A stretch of 58,218 nucleotides of DNA, filler included, from Dugesia japonica (Eukaryota), in assembly GCA_001938525.1 (NCBI GenBank). It is 6 parts of 6 records of this genome, joined end to end, with 100 filler letters (N's around TTAATTAATTAA, not from the genome) between each part and the next. Parts side by side here need not be neighbours in the genome. Positions count along the whole stretch, not along the records: positions 32,117 to 40,699 come from MQRL01583721.1; positions 40,800 to 49,096 come from MQRL01647469.1; 4 more parts are not named here. One strand, given 5' to 3'. Shown in pieces: positions 33,739 through 45,881 of the stretch; position 1 is the first letter of the stretch; each line of letters starts with the position of its first letter. Below the pieces are notes generated by a model. That model made no database searches and was not told where the DNA came from. It saw only the letters and a list, made by a program, of their open reading frames with translations. Both the position numbers and the translations under genes were made by a program.

Positions 33739-34149
33739 ACCCAAATCGCTACAATTCTGTTTTCTTGCTCCTTATGTAAAAAGCTAATTTGCGTTTTCAC
33801 ACATGTGAGTTGAGTAAAATTCCTGTAATGTTCAATTATTTTGATTGTCTACTTTATTCTCTTTATTTAGTCTGATACGATTTGATATAGAAGCGATTCT
33901 ATCTTCTGTTGATGATTTTTATTCTGTAATTAGATATAATAATAATGATATTGTTACAGTCTTTAATTTAATAATAAATTTGATTTATTAATCTTTTCAA
34001 TTAAATACAGATTAAATATTATTATTCTTGAAAAATATTATTTGACTAGATATAATTCGTCTAAAATTACTAAAGAGATTTAACTTTAAATTTTTCATTT
34101 CATATTTTGGTTTAAATCAAAACATCTTAAAAACAAATTAGTAAATAGA

Positions 34150-35632
34150 AATGCAGTGGGCCATAAAGAATGTTCCCTTGTAATAAGAATACAGTTGATG
34201 TTCCAATTTAGGAATTAACAGAGCTCATACTTAGGAAAATTATGCATGTCGTATCCTCTTAAATTATGGAATAGAAAAGGTAATTTTATGTTTATTCTTC
34301 TTCTTAGATTGCAAGAGTTACATGATGCGTCCATGTTTTCATATAAATTATATAGTATTGTATCAAAATACTAAATTCTTAAGCATTCATCATTTAAATT
34401 AAAAAACACCTGTAAAATATCGTACCATAAAATAATATATTTTGTTCAGTCAAATACCCAACATAGTTATAATTTTATCCCCCTTCAAGTAACAATAAAT
34501 TTGTTTTCTGACTAATTTCAACTCTTGATCTTTGAACAATATCCAAATTAGGATGTTTCATAAAGATTTCCACATCCTCATAGTCAATAGAATTTCTATT
34601 AGATGATAACACATTGATAGATAACCCTGGATTTGGGTTTACAAATTTCAGTAGAAATCANNNNNNNNNNNNNNNNNNNNNNNNNNNNNNNNNNNNNNNN
34701 NNNNNNNNNNNNNNNNNNNNNNNNNNNNNNNNNNNNNNNNNNNNNNNNNNNNNNNNNNNNNNNNNNNNNNNNNNNNNNNNNNNNNNNNNNNNNNCTACAC
34801 ATTAATTTTAACTTTTTTCTTTCCATTATTAGAGTGCGACAAATAACTACTTCCTGTAAGCCGACTTATATTGCTTATTTTAGTCAATTTGAAGTTAATT
34901 TTTAATATTCTACTGAGAATCTAGCTACTTCCTAGTTCAGTTCATACATGAATGATCTTCTCATTTAATGACTTATTTCATTCTTCAAAAAACTAATCAC
35001 AAAGTAGTACAGCACTATTAGATATTAGATATTTCGATGAACTCTAATGAATCCCAAATTGAATTTTTCCATTCTTCATTTTTTCAATTATTTGAAATAA
35101 TCTATTTACTAAAGTATCTGGTAAAATTATCTCTCGTATGTTAAATCTTAAAACATTTAATGTCAAGATCTGGTGACATCTGTACAAGTCGGTTTCAGTA
35201 ACAGATTTGGCTATGAAACTGCCAATCTGTGATTATTCCTTCAAATATTTGTTTACACTTTTTCTGTAACATCATTAAGGTTCTCTTCAATTATTTCAAT
35301 ATTATTCGAGTCCGTTTCTTTATTTACAACCACTTGTTCAATAATTGCTTGTTCATTCTTGATAATATCTTTATCCTCGTTATTAACAATCACTTACGGT
35401 TAAAATATTTTAGAAGGAGAATCTTCGAGAATTTCCATCAACAGTGTTTTATTACTTGAAGTACATTGTGTCAATTGATGTGTATGCGGCCTTGATATGT
35501 ACTTAAACCTAATGTAGAGCATGCAGGACATATATAATACATTTTCTGATAATAAGATTATAATATCTTTTGATTTTCTCATGATAGAGATCGTTAAATT
35601 TTGAATTTCTACAATAGTTGGTATATTCTTTT
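34150..35632 (-). pseudogene. Polinton pPolB 5' part, copy 3 (heavily degraded, not evident from the ORF track)
   Basis: Fragments in order: EYTNYCRNSKFNDLYHEKIKRYY, YYICPACSTLGL, TELGSS*ILSRILKINFKLTKISNISRLTGSSY, NPGLSINVLS...KHPNLDIVQRS...NLLLLEG, ASCNSCNLRRR...LPFLFHNLRGYDMH (ExoII). Confidence 0.85.
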
Positions 35633-35877
35633 CTTAAATGAAACTAGGTAAATCTTATAATGTTTATTGTCATGTTTTTAACTTATTCATTAAAAAATAT
35701 CGTTAATTAAAATCATTTCTTTTCGATTAAAGCATTTAATAAAATCATTATCATTAAACATAAACATTAAGGTTTAACAAATTGCCTTAATAACTTTTTT
35801 AAAATTTTAACAGATTATCGATGGAAAAAATCTTTTTGTTTAAATTGATGGCTTTTTGTCTTTATATTTTTTATATT

Positions 35878-35908
35878 ACGGTACCCCTCTCACTACTATC
35901 TACTTACT
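35878..35908 (-). mobile_element. Polinton-type terminus upstream of pPolB copy 3
   Basis: Minus strand AGTAAGTAGATAGTAGTGAGAGGGGTACCG, similar to the termini at 14588, 26909, 28913 and 56785. Confidence 0.5.
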
Positions 35909-36449
35909 TTATTATTTCGTGAAGGAAACGTTTTTTATAGTAATACTTTCAGTAATANNNNNNNNNNNNNNNNNNNNNNNNNNNNNNNNNNNNNNNNNNN
36001 NNNNNNTAAATATCTAACTACTGTCATTATATATTATCTCATAATGGATGCATTTTTAGATAGTAGTATTTTAAGCATTATATAACTACTTTTTTTATTC
36101 TAAGTAGAACGGTGTCGACTTATTTTTTTATTATAATTATTTTGATTTACTTTAAATAGTTTGTTGTTTACTTGGTCATTTACTTTTATTTGGTTTATAT
36201 TTAAAAGCTTTTCAATATTTTTGTAAACCGAAAAAAACCAACACATGTGCATGTAATGAGAGAGCATGAGTCATAAATTTGCAATATAAACGCAAATTAA
36301 ACAAAGAAATTGCAACACGAAGGCATGCAATGAGAGCAATTATAAATATGTAATTATTGAGGCTTGTCACTAATTTTACCTCAGAACAGAATAAGTGTGA
36401 AAAGTCTAGATCTCTGTTTACACATGAGGTGTAAAAGTTCACAACTAAT

Positions 36450-36655
36450 GTGTCAAATATGATTGTTTACAATAAGTTGTGACTTTTCACACTTGTGATA
36501 CGCCAATAATCTGAGCTGGTGCCTAACTATATACCTACTTATTTGCTCTGTTTCTATTATTTCATATGAAATCTCAATCAATCGCGGATCAAAACTATCT
36601 GAATCATTGGTAAGCTTGCCATCACCCAATCTCAAGATCTACTCGTTGCAAATTA
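36450..36655 (-). mobile_element. Possible Helitron PIF1-helicase fragment
   Basis: E*ILRLGDGKLTND...LIEI resembles the WLLxIGDG motif of Helitron helicases. Very short. Confidence 0.35.
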
Positions 36656-37087
36656 TACATATTAATTTTTATTGTTGTTAACAATTTAATAGTTTAATCT
36701 TTATAAAGAAATTTGATGATTATATTTTTATAAGTTTCAGCTATCCCATCAAAAGTAGTGCTTAAAATTTATAGGCTTAAGATTTATATTATTTAAATGT
36801 TTTGTTTAACTACGACATCCAAACATACATTGCAAATTATGTATATAGCTTATACTACGACTATCAATAAAATGTGTTATATACGCAAATAACAATATTA
36901 TAGAATAATAATTAATATTATTACTAATAATAATAATTAAAATAATATTATTAGTATAATAATAATAATAATAATATTAATAATAATNNNNNNNNNNNNN
37001 NNNNNNNNNNNNNNNNNNNNNNNNNNNNNNNNNNNNNNNNNNNNNNNNNNNNNNNNNNNNNNNNNNNNNNNNNNNNNNNNNNNNNNN

Positions 37088-37138
<51 letters not shown>

Positions 37139-37149
37139 AATTACTGAAA

Positions 37150-37440
37150 ATAAGTAATAACAAAATTACATTGCATATCTGGGGAGTAAATTGATTTAAA
37201 AGCTTTTGAAACATCCAGAATTTGACATATAAAGGAAGATTTTTATTCTGCATAAATATGAATAAATTAAACCTAGAAAGGAAACTCGTCAATAGAAAAT
37301 TTGGAAATAATCATTACAATAAAAGATTGACAATCATGCATCAAACATTGAAAAATATCTTGAAATCCCTCAAAAAAAGGTAATAGGAAAAATAATTATC
37401 AATATTCTGATCAATTACTAGGAGCTACCAAAAATGTTTA
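37150..37440 (+). mobile_element. Possible degraded rve integrase fragment
   Basis: MHQTLKNILK at ~37336-37365, followed by LGAT, resembles the integrase ERxHxTLKxxL helix. Otherwise eroded. Confidence 0.3.
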
Positions 37441-38959
37441 AATAATTCTAAAATATCCACGATTAATCAATTTTTGTGTTTAATTTATAAAAATAATTAT
37501 TTTAATTTTATTTATTAATTTCATATTTTCTAAATAAAACTGATCTTCTCAAATAATTGATTTATTTTTTGTCTTTTTGATGTATTTATAATTTATTTTT
37601 TATTTAAATTATATATTAATTTATTTATATATTTTTAATTATTTTTATTTCAATTATTTATTTTTATGTGCAAAAAATATATTAGAAATAATTAAATTTA
37701 TTTAAATAATTTTTTCTATAATTTAATTACATATGACAAAAATATTTCGAAATATCTTAAAAAATTACTGTTGATTCCATTTACTCTGTAACTTGTCAGG
37801 AGAGATTTACTTTTCCGGGTAGAGTTTAGAAACAATGAGACAAATTAAACACATTAAAACAACAAAATGATCTATGATAATGTTAAACAAATTGTCACCG
37901 ATTTTTATCAATATCCGACTCTATTCAAAAGAATTCCTTTCCAAAGAATTCTTTTGAAATATAATGGAACTTTTCTGTTGTTTAAGAAAAAATTAAAATT
38001 TTCTATATAACCAAAAATATAATGAAAATTCCCATTTGAATTATTTATTAAGTCACATTATAATATTTAAATAAAATTACAAATTTAATTATTTTTTTTT
38101 ATTTTTCATTTATTTACAAAATTATCTTTCTTAATTAATATTGAAATTTTTTAAAATTGTCTTAAATGTTATAGAAAGATTGACTATTAAAAGTTTAACG
38201 CATAATTTAGACTTATGATATAACGATCATTACATGATTGAGATACGTTCGTTTCAGTTTCTTAGAGAATACAATCTCGGCAGTTTGGCAGTCACTGCTT
38301 TTTAACACAAGAACTGGGTGAAGATTAAGTCCGGCGTTAAGGAAAAAGCTTCGGCATATAAAAGGGATTTTCTCATTATACGAGCTTTTGCTATATAAGA
38401 TATTATTGATGTTAAAACTATAACTACGTTTTTCATTTATTTTATCTAAATAATAGAAAGATTTAGCAGAACCGGAAATTGTAAAATGTAATTTATTTCG
38501 ATAATTTACCTATATTATATTAGAAAAATATGTAAAATACGATGACAAATATTTAATAAAAAATAAATAACGAACATTTAAAATAAATTATATTGTTATA
38601 TATTTCGACGGATCAACCTGGTTTCATCCTCAGACAAAAATGAAAAATTAGTTTATTCAGTCTATAAATTGTACTGAATATAAGACGGCTATATTGTTTC
38701 ATTTTAGAAATTTTTCAATAAAAAATTTTATCTATAATAATATTTTATTAAAATTACTATATTGAACCTATAAAAATCAAAGACGTTAAAATTTTTAATT
38801 TTAAATTGTATTAAAAATTTTCACAACCTATAAACAAATAAAATTGAAAATTATTTTAAAAATAAAATACAAACTTTTAAAAACCTAAAAAAAATAAAAA
38901 ATAAAATTTCAAAAATGGAAAAAAAAATTTTTATCTAAAAAATTCGAATCAATTCAGTC

Positions 38960-39290
38960 GAAAAAGCTGTCTACATTAATGTTTGTATTATGAAATCTAA
39001 TCATTAACGCCTCATACAATACTTTCTCTCAATAATTTTTAAATTGTTTGGACAAAATATTTCAATTTGAAATTTCAACATTCGCATTACAATTACTTTT
39101 ATTATTATGCTCAGCAATATTACTACCATCACTAAACCTATTATGCTCTTGAACCCTTGTACAGAGATGACGGATAGTCTCTCTAATGTATGTGACATCT
39201 CATCCATTACATTTAAATTGATAAGCAAGGTTAGAACACAAACCAATTGATGTATGGGATTTTTTACGTTAGAAAGTTATTATTTAAAAG
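38960..39290 (-). mobile_element. Penelope-like GIY-YIG endonuclease relic (different subfamily)
   Basis: Frame not in the ORF track: LCSNLAYQFKCNG*DVTYIRETIRHLCTRVQEH...SNIAEH...KVLYEALMIRFHNTNINV. Confidence 0.8.
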
Positions 39291-39919
39291 TTGAAATTCA
39301 TTTAGATATTTGTAATATATTAAATATTTTTATCCCTTAAACGATTTTTTGATTAAAGCATATTATAATCTGATAAAATATTTTGAATGTCTTTTTTATT
39401 CTCCAAAAATATGAAAGTGATTTTGAAATACTCAAATAACCAATAAGATTGTTGATAAATGAATAAATACAGTCATGTATTCAAGTTCTACTAATGCTAC
39501 AATTATTTCCAAAAACATGTGTCGTAAATTGAGGTTAATTAATTTCAAAACTTCTAATGAAATAATGAATATTAATGAAATCTTTATNNNNNNNNNNNNN
39601 NNNNNNNNNNNNNNNNNNNNNNNNNNNNNNNNNNNNNNNNNNNTTGTATTGATAGTTTGTGATCAGATTATTTCATTAACTCAGATGAAATTATTTAGAA
39701 ATTTAAAAGATTTAGTTTATAATATGATTTATTAAAATATTTATAATATTAAAAAATCTAATAACATTAAAATAAACAGCTTATTATTTATAAGTAGTTT
39801 ATATTCTAGTGTTAAAAATATAAAATTAAAAAAGAACTAAATTTATATATTAATAAATCATATATTAAAAAATGATTTAAAGATTTTTATATTCAGTTCG
39901 GTGGTATTTCTATTTAAAT

Positions 39920-40459
39920 TCAACACGTATTATAATTTGCTTTAGCTTCATAGTATTTTCTTTCTACTCGTCTCCAATTGTAAGGATCGAGGCTGAGTTC
40001 ACAAGTCTCATGATAATGTTCATCAATTCCTGCACATCTTTCATCAAGTCGTTTGCATATAAAATTACATTTCCTGCCAATTCTGATATATCTCCGTCGA
40101 CAGAAATCTTTAATAGCATCACAAGCTTTATTACAGACCATATCGAGGAAATATAATCGATTTTCGCAAACCTGTTTCGGATTGCCACATTTATTTAGTA
40201 AATTTGATTCTTTAGCATTACATCCGTCAGTTAAATGATGGAAAGCTTTATCACATTTCTTGGCAAGAACATCACTCGCTCCTTTACATATCATACCACC
40301 ATGTTTACGAAATTCATCACACTTCAACTTTAGAGGTATCAGATCTTCACATTCTTGCTCTCCATATCGAACTAAAATTGGTACCTTTGCAGATGTGTAT
40401 TGAATAAATATTAAGATAATTACTAAAAACAGAATTGACAAAATATTGTAATTTATCAT
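39920..40459 (-). CDS. Secreted cysteine-rich protein, 179 aa, 15 Cys with 11-residue periodicity; no family recognised
   Basis: ATG at 40459 directly follows a TTTTTTTTCAG acceptor. Signal peptide MINYNILSILFLVIILIFIQYTSA. Intact single-exon ORF. Confidence 0.85.
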   Translation of the reverse strand: MINYNILSILFLVIILIFIQYTSAKVPILVRYGEQECEDLIPLKLKCDEFRKHGGMICKGASDVLAKKCDKAFHHLTDGCNAKESNLLNKCGNPKQVCENRLYFLDMVCNKACDAIKDFCRRRYIRIGRKCNFICKRLDERCAGIDEHYHETCELSLDPYNWRRVERKYYEAKANYNTC

Positions 40460-40699
40460 CTGAAAAAAAATATTATTAAAATTATAAATAAAACATTTCA
40501 TAAGATGTCTCACTTTACAGAATTTATTAAAATAAATAATAATACTGATTGTTATGCTTTTGTATTCTAGTTGATTTGTAGGACTGTGGAGCTGTGATCT
40601 ACACAACTAATTTGATGCACCTACGTAATTTTCACCACATTTTCTTTCAATTTGAAAATTGTAGGCTTTCAATAAGTTCATCAACTAAAAATGCTAGCA

Positions 40700-40799
40700 N
40701 NNNNNNNNNNNNNNNNNNNNNNNNNNNNNNNNNNNNNNNNNNNTTAATTAATTAANNNNNNNNNNNNNNNNNNNNNNNNNNNNNNNNNNNNNNNNNNNN
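40700..40799. other. Artificial contig-joining linker
   Basis: TTAATTAATTAA at 40744-40755 inside N runs. Confidence 0.97.
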
Positions 40800-40802
40800 C
40801 TA

Positions 40803-41070
40803 AATTCTTACATAAACTCATCAGACCTTCGTCTACATATAAATTTCCTGTCGTAATTCCTTCTTGTTCATTATAAATAATAATATTTTTCTTAAAAAAT
40901 AATAATTTTCTAAAACTTGTTTAAGTTTTATAAATAAAGATAACCACATAATCACATACAGATATGAAAATATCAATACTCAATTCTTACACAAAATCAT
41001 CAGATCTTCTTCTACATATAGTTTTATTGTCATAATTCCTCTGGGTTCATTATAAATACTAATATTTATT
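40803..41070. repeat. Diverged direct duplication of ~85 bp at ~180-bp spacing
   Basis: AATTCTTACAYAAAMTCATCAGAYCTTCKTCTACATATA...GTTCATTATAAATA at 40803 and 40982. Confidence 0.7.
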
Positions 41071-44000
41071 TAATAATAATAATTTTAATTATATTTATCG
41101 ATAATAACAATAATTTCACATTTTATATTTTTTATAAAATTATAATAATAATATAATTCTTGTGCTTAAACCTGACTCATAATCTATTATTTTGTTATTT
41201 ATAATGATCATGGTGATTTATTCTGTTTTCCCCCTATAATATCAAAATATTTTAATATAATTATTTGTTTTAATCTTTCTTTTTCTCCCATCAATATAAT
41301 ATTTTTTTTAATACATGGATATTTCCAACACATNNNTACAAATTATAAATAATAATAGATATTCCTTGTTTTATTAACATTCTTCTTTTCAATCACTTTG
41401 ACTTATTTTCTGAGCATATTTTATCTTAGCCATCTAATTATTGATTATCTTCAATTATTTTATATTTTAATATTTAATCAATTCTTTGTTTTCTCGACAG
41501 CTTTTACAACTTTATTTTCTTTTTATTGTTTTACCCTAGATTTTGTTTGATATTTCTACACCTTTTAACTTCAATTATTATTATTTAATAATCGTTTCCT
41601 TATNNNNNNNNNNNNNNNNNNNNNNNNNNNNNNNNNNNNNNNNNNNTTTTTATTCATTTTCTTATTACTTTTTAATTTATTTCCTTTTATGTTTTTCATA
41701 TTTTACGAAAGGCTGTTTCAGCCCAACATGTTCATCATTCATTATAATTATTATAAACAATTCGATTTGTGAAAAATTTTCAAGTGCAAATTTTATATAC
41801 ACAATAAAGAGTCAGATTTAAAATAAATTGTCAAACAAAAATAGAAATTAAATAAATTGTCAAATTATCGTGAAATAAATTGTTAAAAAACATTATATGA
41901 GATAAATTTTAGTAACAACTGTATTAATACAGTATTAATTAAGATGTGAAATTATTCCATTAAAATCGTTGAAATATATATCCGAAGAAATAATGAATAC
42001 GCAAAAGCCGAACATTTGAGACTATATTTTTTAGAAAATATTACAAGTATGGTAATTGCTCGAGTATTATCAACTTATAAACTATATATTACTTTTGGCT
42101 TTTTGTTGAAATTAATTGTATGATGCATAACATTTATTGCAAAGTTCTTAATAATTATTTAACAATTTAATAAGACGAATAGAGAATCTAATAACAGATA
42201 GTAAAGAAAGAAAAAAGATGAAGAACCGACAAAATTGGAGAATACACACCAACATTCAAAGCGAAAGCAATAACAGTTACAATACTTTCCATCCATAAAA
42301 TGAAACACGTAAACATGAGAATGAATACTAAATGATCGAAAGAATATAGAAGATTATGAGAAACAAAAATTTATAGAGGGATACAATCTTACGTTCAAAC
42401 TGAATCGTTTAATAATTCTCGAATATCAATTCAATAAAGGATTCCGCCAATTAAAAGTTAAAAAAATTAGAAACATTAAAAAGATAAATGGAAGGTATAG
42501 CAAAATTTCAAACTACAACATAACTAATTTGTGGAAAGTCAAATTAAATAAATTTAAAGGAAATGAAGACGATAAAATTTCTCATGAAATGTATATTGAA
42601 ATTATTAAATATAAAAATTATCCATAATATAAAAAACATAAATCATATTCAGGTCTTAGGAGAAAATCTATTGAATTTGCACATCCGTGTACCCGGATTC
42701 CCAGATTTCTTAAAAACTATAAAATATAATTTATCCAAATGCTGAAAATAAAATTAATTGTAAATTGCTTAATAATTAAAAGTAAACTTTTTAAAATTCT
42801 AAGATACAAAATTATAAATTAAATTGTGTTATAATAAATCAATCAAAATTGTAAAAATAACATACCGATATGTTAAATACACACATTAATCGCTAAGGCA
42901 TACAATACTAGTAAGTAAATTAGTTCTCAAGGAATTAATTTTTTGTACTAAATCTTCTTCATTTCTCAATTTGAATATTTGAAGATAGTTTTATCAAAAT
43001 ATTTTTACTCTTGAAATTCTAAGTAAGATGAATTTAATAAATAAAGCAAAATATTTGAATACAAAATTTTTATAAGGTTTCAAAATTTTTAAGTTTGACT
43101 GTGTGTCTTACCAACGTGTATGTCTTTTAGCATAAATAACATGCTCTTGTACATAAATATAAATTAATAGAAAAAATAACTCTGTTTAAGAAAAGTTTTG
43201 TATTTGTTTTAACCATTAAAAGTTATACTTAATTATGCTTTGTTGATTTATATTTGCTTATACTCAATTCTATCGACATGATAATTGATGTTAAACTTGA
43301 TCAGTGAAAGTAAGTTTACTTTGTGAAAATGTAATTTATGTATAATAGATTTAAATACCATTATATTAAAATTAAAAATTGCTTAATAACAATAAGAATT
43401 TCAATATATTTTTGCTGTTCATATTGGTATTTTCAAATTAGCTGAAATGTTCTCGAATAATATTAGATTAATATTGTTAATAATTTAAAATATTATTGAT
43501 TATAAAATTATTATGAAATCNNNNNNNNNNNNNNNNNNNNNNNNNNNNNNNNNNNNNNNNNNNNNNNNNNNNNNNNNNNNNNNNNNNNNNNNNNNNNNNN
43601 NTTTTTTTGTAATTTATTTTATTTATAATTATGGCGACGAGACTTTAAAAATAAGATAGTTTATTAATGTGAATTTATGTATTGGTGCCTAGGTTCTATA
43701 TTTAGAATAAATCTGATTTCGATTTTCCATGGAAAAAGTCTTAAATCACAAAACCATAATCGATTTTTCGTTTATTATAATATTTTCTTATTATACTCGC
43801 TATATTCTATAAAATATGAGAATAAATATTGCTGTGTTAATAATAATTGGTCATAAAGTTTTAAATGTTTTGCACTATTTTAAATAAATGTCTTAATATA
43901 AGTAGTGTGGCCGTTTCTAGGTTCACGGATTTTGTGGGATAATGATTTATTGAACGTATAATGTTAGATTTAATGAATAAATCTTGCTCTATTTACCACT

Positions 44001-44679
44001 TTGTTTAATGGTGTTTGTGAACTCATTAATATATAATCGAAGTGACAGTCATATTTATAATCAACAAATGTTTCTGTTTTAGAGTATTTTTTATAGAGGC
44101 ATGATATATTGTGTGGTTGCATTAACGATCGTAGCAATTTGATTTAAAATGAATATTACAGTGTTTCATTTTGACAGTCAGTAATTCTGGTTTTTATAAA
44201 ACACTCAACAAAAATATTAAATAAAATTTATAAAACTAATGACTTAAGTTTCAAAACTGATTGTTAAATTTTCAAAATGTAATTCGAAATCGCGTTTTGT
44301 GATTTTATTGAATTATTTACTGCCCACAGCAAATAAAATTTTATTGCTTTTCCTTTGGTATAATCGTCGTTTTATGTATGTAAGTTAGCATTAGTAAATT
44401 TTTTTAATGAATATGAATATAATGAAAATATTTAACGTTAAACAGAGATTATTTTACCTTTAAGATTTAGAAATCTAAGCAATCTCTTGGGAAAATATTT
44501 TACGTTTAAAATTATTTTTCATAATTTATTTACGGTTATTTTTGGTTCGTTATCAAAACAGCTTTCATTATATTCGATACATAAAAAAATTTTTTACATT
44601 TGTTGAGTTTCAAGGTTTTATTTATTTTAATTTCTTTCTAAACTGTTATCTGTCTGTAAATTCCTTCGTTCTTTAAGAG

Positions 44680-44892
44680 CAGTGGTTCCCTAACCTTATA
44701 GAGGTGGCGGAGCACATTTAATTACCCTGAGCATCAGAACTTATTAATATTGATTTCCGTGATTAATATGGATTTCAACATATCAAATTTTCCATTTAAT
44801 CAAATCAAATAATAATTATATATAAAAAAATTGTAATTGTAATTATTTGGTGGCGCACAAATGCTCCACGGAGCACTGGTTAAGAATGACTG
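44680..44892. mobile_element. hAT/Charlie-type MITE (213 bp)
   Basis: TIRs CAGTGGTTCCCTAACC / GGTTAAGAATGACTG. Subterminal CGGAGCAC at both ends. Flanks TTTAAGAG / CGCTAGAG resemble a decayed Charlie-type NTCTAGAN target duplication. Confidence 0.65.
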
Positions 44893-44999
44893 CGCTAGAG
44901 GTAGATTTCCCAAAGCCGACTGAAATTTGATATCTACACAGTTTCTTGCGGGTGTTTGTGGTAACACGTCTTTATAAAATCGATTTGCTGTTCACAGTT

Positions 45000-45790
45000 A
45001 TAATTATTCTGTATTCGATTTAAGTAGAGAATCATTTACATCTATACATTTATTTTAAATACGTTCAGAAATAACCAAAAATGTCTTTCTCCGTAATCAC
45101 GCAATCCTGCTCTGATGTGTTGGTCTATTATTTCCATAATATACGTACATTAGCAGAAACTTATACTTTTCCATCTGCGTAACTCTTGATTATATCGGCC
45201 ATAATCTTGTTGTTACTCATCATGACCAGTTTCTTTTTTTGACGGACTGATACAGTAATATGGCATTTTTGAGAAAACTTATTCTTTGGATTCCTTTTTC
45301 AACTTTTTCCTTTCTAACCGCTACTTTCCTTGTTACACTATTAATTCGGCCCTCTGGGCGAGTCTCTTTTATTGACATACTGGGAGATAAATAACTATTA
45401 AACATGCTCATGAATTTCAAATTATTATCATCACGACTTTGTATAACTTATCGCAATTATTTAATATTTTATTTTGCATAAGATTTTAGGTCCATGTTAT
45501 AAAAGATAATATTTAATTTATCTAGAAAACAGCTTTTAAACTGATATAAAACACAATATTATATATAGGATATCACCACCGTTTCCTGCTGATTTCGATT
45601 TTTCTCCTCGTTGTCCATCGGGTATGGCATAAGGATGGGTATTAATTTCTCAATCTTGGTCGTTAATCATTCTGCCGCAATTCGTGTGTTGCAAGTAGTT
45701 TTCGAGAAATAGCCCCATTATTTGATTTGACCGGTGGTTGCCGGAGGTGTTTAATTTTAATCTTCATGACGAAGTTCATAGCATTCATAC
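45000..45790 (-). mobile_element. Possible piggyBac-like transposase relic
   Basis: Ordered fragments across frames (YAIP, NRNQQETVVI, MFNSYLSP, AILLYQ/KKLVMMS) loosely follow PGBD motif order. Highly eroded. Confidence 0.28.
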
Positions 45791-45881
45791 TAACAGGAAT
45801 ACTAATGATAATAATAATTATAATAATAATGACGATGATAATAATAAATATAATAATGATATCAATAGTCAATAATAATAA

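Noticed and set aside
33555-33800. Minus-strand 81-aa ORF
   Set aside because: Antisense shadow of the EF-hand exon on the plus strand.
39004-39246. 80-aa membrane-protein-like ORF
   Set aside because: Alternative frame of a Penelope GIY-YIG relic.
40460-40606. 49-aa N-terminal extension of the Cys-rich ORF
   Set aside because: Non-ATG start and AT-rich sequence ending in a TTTTCAG acceptor immediately before the signal-peptide Met; more likely intron or UTR.
42563-42915. Helitron helicase fragment (VPGFPD) and CTAG 3' end
   Set aside because: Similarity is limited to a few residues and there is no convincing terminal hairpin.
43632-43641. TGGCGACGAG as a tRNA-Ser(GCT) primer-binding site
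   Set aside because: Only a 10-nt match, with no LTR-terminal CA before it and no recognisable gag downstream.
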